Shown one piece after another: positions 1 through 20,286 of a stretch of DNA of 64,000 nt. The position numbers and the translations under genes are program-made. Origin of the DNA: the human T2T-CHM13v2.0 reference genome, Homo sapiens; the NCBI RefSeq assembly GCF_009914755.1, contig NC_060928.1. One strand, written 5' to 3'. The notes under the pieces are model-generated. The model saw only the letters and a program-made list of their open reading frames with translations. It was not told where the DNA came from and ran no database searches. How positions within the stretch are numbered: the stretch's first letter is position 1; each line of letters starts with the position of its first letter.

Positions 1-1339
1 TAGGGTCATGTTTTCTTACTTTCAGAATGGAATATATAGTCATTAACTTAAATTAAGAAGGAAAAGAAACTAACCATCAAAATTGGAGGAATAAAAGAAA
101 AATTTGTGATGTATGGTCATTTGCATACCGCATAGGTTGTCCTATGCATGTTGCAAAGAGGAAAGATTGGGATGAAGGGGTAATAATGAAACCCTGATAG
201 CATATGAAGTATCTCATGGTCATGGTTGAAAGTCAAGTCTGGAAGGAATAAACTTTACTCTTTCAGGTGTTCAAAGAAAAAAATTAAAGGTAGAGCAAAG
301 CATACTTCTTAGAATTAAGAGGTAAGAGATACAGTATAAAGGCAAACTGTTTTATAGAAAAAAAGTTGTTATCTACAATGTGTAAAAATTTTCTCTCATG
401 AGCATGTGAGTAAGGAGAGTAAACAGTTTTTCTCAAACAATGAATACTACTGAAGGACAACCAGCCAAGTATGTACTTTGATAATAATGCAATATACTCC
501 TTTCAAGTTTATCAGGTATTCTTATAATCAAAAGTGTGTCATAGATCCAAAATTTTGGTGATCTCTACTGTATTAGGAAAAAAATGAAGGGATATATAGA
601 AATAATTTAGAGGTAAAGTAATATGAAGTAAACATCAATGGATTCTTAGAAGACAACATGGAAACATACGTAAAAATCATATAAAAGTTATGTAAAAGTA
701 GTTGAGGCAGAGGGGAGTTCTCTCTGAAGGATCTTGCAGCCTAATTAGCCACATGAACTCCAATTATTTCCATGACTTTTATTGCTACTAAACTAAAAGA
801 TACATTACATTAATTCCTTCCCAGTCCAATTGAGGATAAGTTGGCTAATAACAAGTGGATTTTTACTTAGTGTAATAAGGGTAAGTATAATATAATAATA
901 TCATAAATAAAATAAACTACTAATCGTGGGAGCTGAAAAGAAATGCTTTCCAATAATAGAAATAAAATAAAAACTTTGTTTAAAGTACATATGAAAACCG
1001 TGCTAAAATTATTCATTAAAAAATAGAGGAGTATGACACCTGTATGTGTAATATTTATTACTTAAGGGATCTTTGGCTTTCCATTACTTTTTGAAGTCAT
1101 TCAGAAATTAGAGACAATTTTAAGCAGTTGAATATTTTATTTTGTTAGATGGTAATTATTCTGTCTGAACATGTGAAAATGCAAACAAAATATAAAAATA
1201 ATTACTTCTCACAGCATTAAAACACAGCTAGAAACAGTTTACTCCCAAAGTAAGCATTCAGGAAAGATTACCACTTTTAAATTCAAACTTTATTCTGATT
1301 TATTTGGAATGTCATGTATCAAAACTATTTGAACCAAAA

Positions 1340-1358
1340 TGCCACAAGGTGGCAGTGG
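1340..1358 (+). promoter_or_regulatory. CTCF-like motif
   Basis: TGCCACAAGGTGGCAGTGG resembles the CTCF core CCASYAGRKGGCRS (one mismatch) in apparently unique sequence; motif only, no binding data. Confidence 0.45.
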
Positions 1359-2799
1359 CCTGTCCAAGGTGCAGTCATAGAGCACTGAAGGACCTTCTCT
1401 TCAGCGTTGACATTCTATTTCCTTCTTATGCTTTTTTAAATAATTAATCTTTCTGATTGTGCCACATGAAATTTTCTGAATATACTTAGTGTTGAAGAAC
1501 TTTAGTGACCCATTTCCACAACCTTTATTATTCTCTTCACTACTGAAAGAAGAAACCAATAAGAGCAGAAAACATAAATTTATTATATGTTGTGTTCAGC
1601 CACCTAACTAGATGGCTTACATATTATATATCTAGAATATAGTTAAATATTCTTTAGATATTCAATACTGTTGAAGGGCTGAATACAGAATACAGTGTTT
1701 GCTGTCATCTCCAAACACAGTGCAGTCAATGACTAGGTATTTACTAAGCAGTTACAACTCTCTTGTGATTTCCAGGCACCTATACTGGCTGTGACAGCTT
1801 ATTTCATTTACCTGTTTAAAATATGCTTTCACACATATATTTTATTAATAGACATATAATATATTGTGTCTAATAAAGTGATCATGTATTATCTCTTAAT
1901 TATAATGAGATAAACTGGGATTGAGAGAATTTGTCACAGTGGATTTTGACTGTTTATTTTCCCCTGTGAAAATGATGAAATAATCTTCAAAATTATCATT
2001 TTCCAATTTCTATAGAAACATATTGTTATATTAATGAAAAATACCATCAATAATCATAAGCATTGAGAGACTAAAATGATGTAGAATTGTGGAAACAATT
2101 TTTAAATATATGATATAAAGCACAAGGCATTATTTTGTCTTTGTTCTTGTTCTTAGACTGAATGCTAAATATTTTCATGAGTTGAATGTATGGAAAGTGA
2201 TGTGAAAATAATCCATCCATCAGCACACACTTGATTCAATACCTGCATGCAGAGCACAGTGGTCAAGTCTGTGCAGTGGATTTATAGACACAACAATCTT
2301 CAGGGTTTCAGGGTTGCATGTATGTCACTACCCTTGCTTGTTGGTATATTAAGAGAAGTAATACCATTATACCATGTATAACTTTTTATGGGTAGCAAAT
2401 CAGTGAGTGAATCACTCCAGAGAAGAATGAAAAGAGCAATTTGCTGACAAGGGAATGACCATGGAGTTGCCAGACATGGCATAGTGATGAAGAAGTTGTT
2501 GCTCTACTTTTAGGGATAGCAGACATGTTCATATAACAGTTTTGAAAAGAATTTAACACATCTTATATTTATATTTTGGATTTTCTGTTTGCTTTACAAT
2601 TGGGTGAACTTAAACTATGTTTCAGTTGCTTTAGGATGATGGCTTGATTCCTGATGCCATACTGATAAATCCAGATCAGTCTCTGTATTCTTTTCATCAT
2701 TCTCATCCCTTGATTTAATTAGTTCTTTGAAGCCATCTTCAATCAACTTTACATTACTGACTATCTCTCCTGCCTCTTTTGTCTGCTTAAATTTGTTCC

Positions 2800-3030
2800 C
2801 TACAGAAAGTCAACAGAACACTGGCTTTTGAGTAAAGCAGATCTGGGTTCAAATTCTGGCATCTCTGTCTGGCCATGACATTTTTGGCAATTTAACCTCT
2901 ATAAGACTGTTGTATACAATGAGAGAAATAATGTGTGCCTTTTGAAGTTGGTTTATGATGAAAACTAAATAACATAAGTATATAGAGTGTCTCACAGACA
3001 GTGATTATCAAAACAATTGAAGCTGTTATT
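2800..3030 (+). mobile_element. MIR SINE
   Basis: GGCTTTTGAGTAAAGCAGATCTGGGTTCAAATTCTGGC...TTTAACCTCT...GCTGTTATT follows MIR head, core and tail. Confidence 0.7.
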
Positions 3031-3649
3031 TCTGTGGTTGCTACTTCCAAGTTCCGCACTTACCTAACAGCCTATCTTTTTTTTTATCATTAACCAAGTA
3101 ACCTTTATTAAAGCACTGACACCCTATCATTAATAGATTCCCAGTGGATATTTTCAGTAGAATGCTTCCTTCCTTTAACTATTGCCTTAAATATTTAGTA
3201 TATAACAAAAAATAGAATTTTGGGGGGATTCAGTTATAGGCAAGGGGCTACATTCAACTTTAAGATGATTTGAATGTTGGCACCTGAAGATAACTTCTTT
3301 CCTTTTCCCAATGGGTAGGCTTGGACTGCTGAACATGTCAAGTAGTTCTATTAGGATAGTTTATGAATGATTAAGTATCAGATTTAAAGAAATTGTTTTT
3401 GGATAAACCAAGTAAAACTCTCTACCAATAGTTACAGACAAAGTTATTGTCTCCCTCAAATATTTTCATACCTAAAATAAATATTTTGTTATTTTTCACT
3501 CTTTTTCATATGACAGTTTCTAATCTCTCATCCCATTCTTTGCACACTCTTCTGACACAATATCATTTGTTGATTTAATAAATGAATTCTTACAGCTAGT
3601 TTGGAAGAGGGATATTGTACTGGATTTGAAGCTGGATTATCACAAATAT

Positions 3650-4370
3650 GGAGTGAGTATTTCTGTATGCCAAGCACTATTCCAGATATTGAAAATCCTG
3701 GGATAAATGAGACAAAGACTCTAGAAGGTCTTATAGTTATATTAATTATTTGTTTATAAAAATAATTATAAAAGTAATATGATATAGTAAATGCTTCAAC
3801 AAGTAATTATTACAGCATGATTAAATGCTTCAAATGAGCTGTGAGTCAAATGCTGTGGCATTCAGAAAGAAAGATATTTGTCCTGGGTCTTAAAAGCAGT
3901 AAGAATTTTCCAGGTCTTAAAAGAAATAAGAATTTGTGGGATGGTGGGGTGAGGACTGCTAAGGGGAGCATATGGAGGAGAAAACAAACTATTGTGGGTA
4001 GAGGAGCCAGTTAGAAGAAAAACCAGTAGTGATAGAGTGATGCATTGTGTTGGGAAAGTTTTGGCTGACAGAGAAGGCACTTAAGTGTCAGTTAAACAAG
4101 TTGAGATTATAGTTGGGGTCAGATCATACAGACTGTCAATCCCAAACATAGGAAGTCAGGCTCTGTCCTATAAGCACAGGGAAATATTGGACTCTTTAAT
4201 GCAAAAATAAGCCATTATTTTATTTTTGAATAATAATTTTTCTGATCATGAGAGAGGAAAAACATAATAGGAGACTAATTGGGAGAGCTTGCAATAGTCC
4301 AGGTAAGAGGATGTGAGATGAATGAAGTGAAGGGCGATTGCACTGAACATAAATGCAACAGTCTAGAGTT
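3650..4370 (-). mobile_element. L2 LINE fragment
   Basis: GAGTATTTCTGTATGCCAAGCACTATTCCAGATATTG (reverse L2 3' end) followed by purine-rich L2-like body (GCAATAGTCCAGGTAAGAG). Confidence 0.6.
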
Positions 4371-5329
4371 GATCTGACCAATGCAGAGACATTTTATTTT
4401 ATTGGTTAAATCAACACAGAGTGATTTTAACAGCACTATAACACTACTATCTGGACTGGGTCATCCCCAGCTGAGTTAGATCCACAGAATATTGATTAGC
4501 ATTCTGTTTCAAAACTCAGTACATTCTGGTGAAATATTGTTTTCTTCATTTTGTTGATTTGCCTATTTCTATAGGCATCTTTTCTAAAACCATCTTGTTT
4601 CATAATATAATAACTTGACTGGCCTTTATAATTTTTTATTGTCAATATGTTTCTAATAATAACTTTGCATTTCTCACTCAGATAGCAAAATGAGTTTATA
4701 TTTAAAGTACCATGTCTACATCAAATAATATCAGTGAAAGATTAAAAAATTAAGAAAACCTATAAGATTTATCTGGGCTCAAAAGCAAGATCAATATTTT
4801 ATAGGCCAGAAATGCCAGGTTGTGAGTGGGTCTACAGCTGCAGTCCACTAGGAAGCAACTGCTGACTCACATCATCTAAAAAAACTCCATGCAATACTTG
4901 AAACTAGAGATAATGGGCTTACTGCTTTATGTCTGGGATGAGAATGACTCTCGCTCAATCAATTTTCTCTCAAGAAAGGAGGTTAGCATTATATTTGTAA
5001 CTATGAGCTTGGGGCTATGGCTTTGTAGGACACTGTAGACCAAAGTAAGTGAGAGGATCAACATGTCACTTTTTTTAAAAAAGTGGAAATTAAGTTAGTT
5101 TCTAAGTTGCCCACTGGGTTAGTGACTGACCGATCTCATCAGGAAGGGAATATTTTATGCTTCTGTTCTACACTCAATTTATTAGTAGGGTAAGTAGAAA
5201 CAACTCAACAAGAAATAAGGAAGGCTAATATTGGCAGGAGAGAGAAAGGAGGGGAAAGGGGTATTCCTTTCACTCAAATGAGTTTGCAAATCAAGATTCT
5301 AAAGTATGTAAGTAAACTAATCGATGTTA

Positions 5330-5486
5330 AGAAAGACAACTATACCAGGCAAAATGCACAAGAATATGTCCAAGATAAAATTAATATTAGGGAATAGTCT
5401 AATATTAATACTCATGGCAACAAACAAAAATTATGAAACAAAAAGGCAGAAATGAAACAAAAATAATTAGACATGTATAGAACCAA
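5330..5486 (+). mobile_element. Ancient L1/HAL1 ORF1-like fragment, 5' part (interrupted by L1MA)
   Basis: A-rich sequence that joins 12000-12280 once the L1MA and Alu are removed. Confidence 0.4.
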
Positions 5487-5489
5487 ACG

Positions 5490-11983
<6,494 letters not shown>

Positions 11984-11999
11984 TTAAAAATTGTAGAGA

Positions 12000-12280
12000 A
12001 TAGAACCAACTGAAACTTTTCTGAATACAGCTATTTTCATTGAAATTTTTAATATGTTTAGGTGGAATAAATTCTAGAATGAAAATAGTTTAAGAGAAAA
12101 TTCGTGAACTGATCATAGGACTGAGAATTTTACCCAGAATGCAGCAAAGAAAGGCAAAGAGATAGGAATTTTGGAGAAAAAAAGAATCCTCCACGGGATA
12201 ATGAGATTGAAAGGCTCCAACATACTTTGAACTGACCTTCCAGAAGAGAATGGAAGTAATGATACAAAAGCAGTATTTTT
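12000..12280 (+). mobile_element. Ancient L1/HAL1 ORF1-like fragment, 3' part
   Basis: TTCGTGAACTG...TTACCCAGAATGCAGCAAAGA...GGCTCCAACATAC...TTCCAGAAG resembles the coiled-coil/RRM region of old L1 ORF1. Confidence 0.6.
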
Positions 12281-13902
12281 GTGTATACGTTTTTCTTTTC
12301 TTGTGGTAGGGAGTAGAAAAGCCGTACACAGTAAATTAACAGTAAAGTAAAATCATTCAAAAGTGAACCTCATCATTCTATATCTGTGAAAGTTGCATAT
12401 GAATATTCTGATAACTTTTCTCTTATCAGAAAAGTCTTACCTTTAAAGATGTCTTAAAACGAAAATTCACATCATGCTTTAAATTTGTTCTCTACTAAAC
12501 AATTTGGTGAACAGCATATATTTTAAAAGTTCTGGGTTATTAGAGTGATGACTACATTAATAATAGTGTTTTTTTAATAAATTATAAAATGTTGATTTTA
12601 TGAAACATTATGTTTTTATAATATCTTAGAAAATACTGTAGTGGCAACTAATGCTAATTTTCTGTGAATATGGGAATCATTTCAAGGAAAGACAAAGATA
12701 TAATGAAGTGTGCTGTATATATGTTTAATTATGCAGTACAAGGGATTAAAGTATTTTATTCATGAAATTAATGATCCACATATTATCGAGTAATATATTG
12801 ACAATAGAAGCATAATATAAGTACTTAAATGAAATTATTTCATTAATAGCAGATTTTCCATGAAACAAATGCCAAGAATAGACAGACTTGTAAATTATTT
12901 TTTTCTTACACATACATACTTAAGAGTTACGTTAACATATTACTTCAGGACAAGATGTTTTAGAAATTAATTAGGATTTAAATGAAAATAGACCCTCACC
13001 AATTTCCACTAATGACAGGAAGATGCTATTTAGACTGTTAAAATATTAAAATTAGAAAGCATAAAAGAGGTACAATCAATTGCAGGGCTATGCATAAAAT
13101 ATAGTTGTTTCCTTTATTAGAGTAGTGTTGTTTAAATTAATTATAAAATAACATTATGTTCACATCAATTGGCCCAGCCTTTAGTATATTAAGCTGTCAT
13201 AGTCACTAGTTGATTTTACAGTTATTATTTATGAAAGTTGCCATTATTCAGTATTTATAAAAGTTGCCAAGGTGGTAAATAAGTAACCTTTATCATTATT
13301 TTATAATTTATTTTTATAAGAAACATTTGTTGGTATAGCATTATATAATTCATGTCTTATTAGTTTATTTAAATATGTATTTGGCTGATAAATTGTATAA
13401 ATTGTATGAGAGTCAGTGCAAATACTTTGAACAGATACCTACATAAACATCAAGTGCAAATTATAAAGTAAAGAGTAAGTCTAGAAATTGGTAAATATTC
13501 AAACTAAATATTAAAAGAAAAAATATATTTTGGGATTCCTGGTTGTTTGCATTTCTTCCTTTTTAATAATTTGGCATTAATCTAGCATTTTTTCTTTATG
13601 CTTCATGATAGATTATAATTTTAACAGCTCCAATATTTAAGGCTGTATCTTACATTTTGAAAAAGAGAAGGTACTTCATTTTGTCTCTTACAACATTCAA
13701 CTACTGTCATAAATCCATTTGTATAAACATATTACTTTCAAGTTAGTCAATTTACTTCATTTTTCTTTCAAATACTTTTTCTTTTTAATTTATGTCATCA
13801 TGTTTTGTGATTGCTTTAGCCACGTGAACAATAATAAAAGAATTTTGGAAAATCTGATTATTTTCTCTATAGTTTCATGTTGTAGTTCATTTTATAGGTT
13901 TA

Positions 13903-14250
13903 GGCTATCAGTCTGAATATTTGTGCCCCCCCCCCCCCCCCAACCAAATTCATATGTTAACATTCTGACATCCAATGTGCTGGTATTAGGCAGTGAGGCA
14001 TTTTGGGAGTTAAGTGGGTCATTCATGAGGCAGATCCCTCATGAACAAATTTGTGCCCTTATAAAAGAGGCCCCAGAGAGCTGCTTTGCCTCTCCCGACC
14101 CTGAAGAAGAAGAGCCTCTCTAGAACCTGACAATGCTGGCACCCTGATCTTAGATTTCTCAACCTCCAAAATTGTGAGAAGGAAATTTCTGTTGGTTATA
14201 AGTCACCTAGTTTATGGTATTTTTAATAGCAACCTAAATGGATTAGGGCA
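13903..14250 (+). mobile_element. MLT1A-type MaLR LTR with expanded C16 run
   Basis: CCAAATTCATATGTT...GCCCTTATAAAAGAGGCCCCAGAGAG...GCTGGCACCCTGATCTTAGA...TATGGTATTTTTAATAGCA. Confidence 0.85.
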
Positions 14251-14361
14251 ACATTTTTTTCAACATGACTTAACATTTTCTGATAAAAATAATTTTCTTG
14301 TATCAAAATTATTTTAAAAACAATTTGGTTTTCCTTTAATAAAGAACAAATATGCTTTAAG

Positions 14362-14523
14362 TTATTAAAAATTATAATTTCCCCTCTTCTTCATATCACT
14401 TAATTTGCTCATTCATTCAATAAATATACATTTATTCAGCATTTATTAAAAATAGTAATTTCCTTTTTTCTTCATATTAGTTAATTTGATCATTCATTCA
14501 ATGAATCTACATTTATTCAGCAT
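14362..14523. repeat. Diverged 81-bp tandem duplication overlapping an L2 3' end
   Basis: Units start at 14362 and 14443: TTATTAAAAAT...TTCTTCATAT...TAATTTG.TCATTCATTCAAT.AAT.TACATTTATTCAGCAT. Confidence 0.85.
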
Positions 14524-14650
14524 CTATTATATGCCAGGCAAGTGCTAGCTACAGGTAATAAAACTCTGGACAATATTAACAAGTCTCTTGCCATCATGGA
14601 AATTACTACTGAGTGGGAGAAGTGGACTGCAATACTATGATGGAAATGAA
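14490..14650 (-). mobile_element. L2 3' end
   Basis: CATTCATTCAA...TTTATTCAGCATCTATTATATGCCAGGCAAGTGCTAG. Confidence 0.75.
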
Positions 14651-15231
14651 GATATTTAATAATGGCATGCAGAGGCAGATTAACTTACATATATATACAT
14701 ATGAGAAAACATACACTTGTTACTTGTACATATAATGAGAAGGGAAATCTTTGCATGATGAGGTGCCTATTTTCAAGCTTTTTTTTTTTTGCATGCATTC
14801 AACACTTAAACATCACAGAACTAAGAGAAAATGTATTGTCAAAGAAATACAAATTTAAATATTTTCCAGGAGAACATCAATGAAATTTTTTAACCCATTT
14901 ATCTGATTTGTAAAAGAATGAAGTAAAGGAAAGACCTTGAAAATTAGCTTCTATAATATGAATAATGTATTCTTAAAAAGCACAATCTTATCATCCTGAA
15001 AATGCATAATATAATGAATGGGCAATATTATGTGATTTTTATTTGATAGCACAATTAAGACACAAAATCTCACTAAAAGAACATATATTAAACATGTTTA
15101 TTTTCTTCTCTTTAAAATGCCTTTTAAAAATTAAATTTCTATCTTATCACCATAATTTCTTCTTACAAGTGAGAAACATATACATCATATAAATTAGTAC
15201 CCTCCTCTTTTATTCTTAAAATGTGAAAGTG

Positions 15232-15543
15232 GGCCGGGTGTGGTGGCTCACGCCTGTAATCCCAACACTTTGGGAGGCCGAGGCGGGCGGATCACGAGGT
15301 CAGGAGTTTGAGACCAGCCTGGCAAGCATGGTGAAACCCCGTCTCTACTAAAAATACAAAATTAGCCGGGCATGGTGGCATGCTCCTGTAGTACTTGGGA
15401 GGCTGAGGCAGGAGAATAGCTTGAAGCTGGGAGGAGGAGGTTGGAGTGAGCCGAGTGTCACGAGTGGAGTGTCACGCCACTGCAATACAGCCTGGGTGAC
15501 AGAGTAAGGCTCTGTCTCAATAAATAAATAAATAATAAATAAA
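15232..15543 (+). mobile_element. Alu (AluSg-like)
   Basis: Full dimer, GGATCACGAGGTCAGGAGTTTGAGACCAGCC, (TAAA)n tail. Confidence 0.95.
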
Positions 15544-15968
15544 AGTGGAAATGGCTACTAAACTTTCTAAATTACAACTTAAAATCACCATGGCAATTTT
15601 ATTAGACCTTATGTCTTGCTATAATTTGCCATCTTAAGAGACAATTTTCTAGAGGAAAGATGTAGCATAATTATACCATGGCTTTAGGGGTTTAGATATG
15701 GCAAAATACTGCCAGGAATGCTGATACTAAATTTTCTTCCTAAATTTTATTTGCATCTAATTAAGACTACAACTCAACAAGCCATTAAAAAATAAAATCT
15801 TACTCGTTTGACTGATTGAATTTCATGGGAAAATAATTTATTGCTTTGCTCAGAAACCAAATTTGTATAATACTAATTATCTAAGTAGCAGTTTTTCCTG
15901 AAAATAGTCTTAATTAGAACCTTTTCTTTACATGGTTGATATTTTCCCTCTTTAAGCATTTTTAATAA

Positions 15969-16346
<378 letters not shown>

Positions 16347-16359
16347 GAGAAAACTCTTG

Positions 16360-16626
16360 AGGTAGCACAGCATGGTGGCTAAGAATGTATGTGCCAGAGC
16401 CACAACAAATTCAATTCAAATCAATTCCGTTGCCAACTTCTTCGGCAATTTACTTAATCTTTTTGGTCCTTGATTCCCTCATGTGTAAAATGGAGAAGAC
16501 AGTATTTACCTCAGAGTGTCATTTCATCATATGTCATTTCATTATATATATATCTGTATACATAATAGCATACTTAAAATTGTGCCTGCTGTTTTATAAA
16601 TACTATGCTAATGTTTAGCTATTATT
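16360..16626 (+). mobile_element. MIR SINE
   Basis: GGCAATTTACTTAATCT...TTCCCTCATGTGTAAAATGGAGA...TACCTCAGAG core. Confidence 0.75.
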
Positions 16627-18747
16627 TTAAACAATTTCCGCTTAGCTGTTTAAAACTTTCTACCTTGGCTGCAATTATTACAAAGTGGTATTATCTTACA
16701 GCATATGGGGGAATAGATATGTAGCATAACACACATTTTTTTGATGGGCTATTATAATTGGATGACTAAAACATACTCAAAAGTACAACCACATTGTATC
16801 TCCTAATTTGGATTTAATAAGCTTCCAAAAGCATTTAGGAATTTTTAGTTCTTTGAAGACATCTTTATGAACATCTAGTATCATTAAATTGAAGTCGTAT
16901 TAACTTTTTGGTTGGCAGAGTACCATTTAGTGAATGCCAACCAAACTAGAATTTGCTAACATGTAAAATGTGGAATACCCTTTGTCTAACCTGAAATAAA
17001 CAAAATATGAATAGTAAAATGAAATTAATATTATGTATTTCACTGAGATCATTATAAATCATCTCTTATTATGCTGTCTCCCAGAGAAATATAATGTAAT
17101 ATGATTACTTATCAAATAATTGCAGTTTTCTTAAAACAGGCACTCATTCTAGCTTTGTAAAGTAATCAAGCTTTATAAGTAATATGGTTTTATTAAGTTA
17201 TATAATTCTTAAAATTATAAGGTAGAAATGAATTTAGTGCAGTTTACAGAAAATTTTCATTTATGACATTTCAGATATAATTCCAGCTTATCTGGAATTT
17301 AATACAGGTACAACTAAACAGAAGATAGCAGAAATTGCAATTGTCATATGCAACTTTTCCCATAGAAAGTGTCTCATGAGAGAGAGATACCCCACAGAAT
17401 ACTGAATCTGTAACAAAACCTTCCTATCACAAATTAGATTTAAAATCTACTTTTGCCTTCTCTCTTCCTTCTTGCTATAGCTGTCTTATAACTAACAGAC
17501 TCTCCCACATTACTTCCTTTACTCCTAACCAAAATAAACAATAAAGAGAATAGACTTAAATTTTAATTTTTGTTCAAATATAGCATTTTATTAAAATTTA
17601 AGATAACTTCTCCAAAACAAAATGGGTCACAGTTTTAATATATGTTAGTGACTGCTATGTTCTCTTTATTCTCTGTGTTTTATCCTTGGAATTAAAATTA
17701 ATAAGAGAAACATAAAGATAAAGTGAATGGATTTATTTTATTATTTTACATGATCACTTACCTTTTCACAGCAGTCCTTAGATTCCTCCCAGGTGTTACA
17801 CCAGGAATTTGGTAGAAAGCAGATTTTTATGACCCATGTAAGTACTGAAAGTGGTAGCTGGCATTTATTTTTCAGTTAGTATTCTAAAAATCATGGGCCC
17901 TCACATATAAAACTTTACTACCTTAGGTGACTGCACAGAATTTGGAGATCTCAGGTCTTTTGTTAAACATGGCCCACTGACAATTGGGTAGTTTCACATT
18001 CTGGTAAAAATATATATATTTTCTGCAAGAGACTTCATGTAAGTTCACTGATACTAAAAGGAAATGTACATTGAAAAGCAAATTTTAGGATTTCTCCTCA
18101 GTTAATAGAAGCCTCAAATTAGAAAAATAGCAAATCTTTTTAGTACAATTATCACATATTCATGGTCACTAATATATCTCAGAAGGATTAAAAAATAAAG
18201 CTTTCTCTGAAACCTTCCTCCTTCTTTAGAAGTACAGACAGGGATTAGAGAGGAAGAAAGTGACACCTGCCTAGCTGGCCAGATCAGCAGCCTTAACTTT
18301 CAGGTGGCCTTAAACTTCATGTGACTCTTTATTGTATCCTCAGACCCTTCCTTTTCAATATTAAAAGGTCATCTATGAGTAAATGGAGCATTTCATTTGT
18401 AACCACTCAGAAGTGTTACTGAGTAATTATAAAAGTTTATTTTTCAAAGAAAAGCAATAAAGTTTACAAACGAGAATTTTTAAGATTAAAAAAATCTTAC
18501 AAGTGTTAGCATTATGCTTCTTTGCATTTGTTCATAAATAGTCAAAGGACTGCTCAAGTGACTATAAAAATATTAGAGATTGATAACATCTGCCTAGACT
18601 AAACTCTTTCAAATTATAAATGACGATGCTCAGATACGTTAAGACATGCCTAAAGTGACATGGCTGGTAGAAAAGTGTTCTAAATCAACATATCTTGGTA
18701 TCCTATATTTATGACTTGTATAATACCTCTTATAGACTGAGATAGAG

Positions 18748-18950
18748 CAGGAGCTGGCAAACAATTGCTCATGGGTCAAACCCAGCCTACCTAATGTTTT
18801 ATCGGTACTCAGCTGTACTCATTCATTTACCTATTTTCTATGGCTGCTTTTGCACCAAATGGCAAAGTTGACTAATTGTAACAGAAACTGTATGGCCAAC
18901 AAAACCTAAAATATTTACTTGTTCCTTGTAGAGAAAGTTTGTCCACCCCG
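18748..18950 (-). mobile_element. MER58A (hAT-Charlie) MITE
   Basis: TIRs CAGGAGCTGGCAAAC / GTTTGTCCACCCCG; internal CTATGGCTGCTTT and AAACCTAAAATATTTACT. Confidence 0.85.
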
Positions 18951-20109
18951 AGTACAGAAAATTAAGGTATAGGTATATATTAGAAAATAAAAAATTGAAG
19001 TTTTTAAAAAAGTATTGTTCACAAAAATAATAATCAGAATTAAAGAAAAAAGTTTTGTTCAATGTACCTATCAAATAATTGTTTGAAACTCCACTCTGAA
19101 TCAATAAATAAAACAAAGACTATGAAACAAAAAAGACTATGTTCATCTATGGATGCTACAAAGAATAGTTCTATCATAAATTACTTTTGTTCATTTTTTG
19201 TAAAGATCAAGAACCTAAGTCCCACTATATAATGTTTAATAAAGATAAAGTGTTGGTTTAGAAGGTCTATAAAAGAGGTATGGTTAATATCCCCTAAATT
19301 GTATGCCAACAAAATAGAGGGAAAATGAGAAAAATATGCCATTGTCAGCAAGGTATAATAGATATAATATAATGTACAGTAAAAGGAGAAGTGATAGACA
19401 TGCAATTTTTTTCCTGTGAAATGCCCTGACTTTGGAAAGAAATGGTTGTCAATGCCTGTGCATTTCCTTGACAGATTATGCCAGACTGCACAATGGCAGC
19501 ATTTGTCTTTGGTCTGTGGACCTAAGACAGTTGCTATCGGTGGAACCTTTTTCTGTACAGGTAATAACAAGGTGGTCAGTCATGCAACCCAAAGATCGAG
19601 TTTAAAGTTAAAATTAAAGAGGAATTCCCAGCACTATAGCATTTCATTTTATGTAAGGCTCTCCACCAGCCAAACTCGTTTACTTGTCATAGCTACCCAA
19701 ATGAGAATACAAGGTTGACATGAAAGATGCAAACATGTAAGGTAGTCTCATTCCATAGAAAAGGACCTAACAGAAACACTAGAACAAACCTATTAGATGA
19801 CTTAAAAGAATAATAAAAAGAGTAATTAACAAAAGCATATAACCTCTATCATGTCCTTCAAAAACTAACATGTGCAAACAGTAGTTCAACTTGAGGTCAC
19901 GTTGCCTTGCTTCCAACTCTTCACTAGAGAAGCCTCATTTAAAGTCAGTACAATCTCTGTATTTCTTTTGTCACACAAAGTTGACTATCCTAAAATATTT
20001 AATTTAAAATATCCTGGTTGATTTCTAGCAATAAAGAAAATATTTTTTATTAACTTTCTACATGTAATTAGCATTTTATGTGAGAGAAAATTTGGTGGCT
20101 ACAGGAAAT

Positions 20110-20286
20110 CTTCAAGTGTTCAGAGTTCAAGGAGATCCAGCTCATCAAATCCTTTTTTATTGACAGATGAGAAACTGAGACTCAGAAAGCCTCATTGCCA
20201 GAGTCACACAGAGAGTAGGAACATGGCTGGTAGACCAGAAACAAGTAACTTCAACTTCCTGCTGCAGGCCCTTTGCACAGTGCCAT
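20110..20286 (-). mobile_element. MIR SINE
   Basis: TTGACAGATGAGAAACTGAGACTCAGA...TTGCCAGAGTCACACAG. Confidence 0.75.

Noticed and set aside
4860-4870. TGCTGACTCAC AP-1/MARE-like motif
   Set aside because: A single short motif is expected by chance in 64 kb, and the surrounding sequence may be an unidentified old LTR.
13226-13269. Short tandem duplications (also 48588-48625 and 50820-50843) and AT-rich palindromes (5067-5085)
   Set aside because: Common slippage products or low-complexity chance matches.
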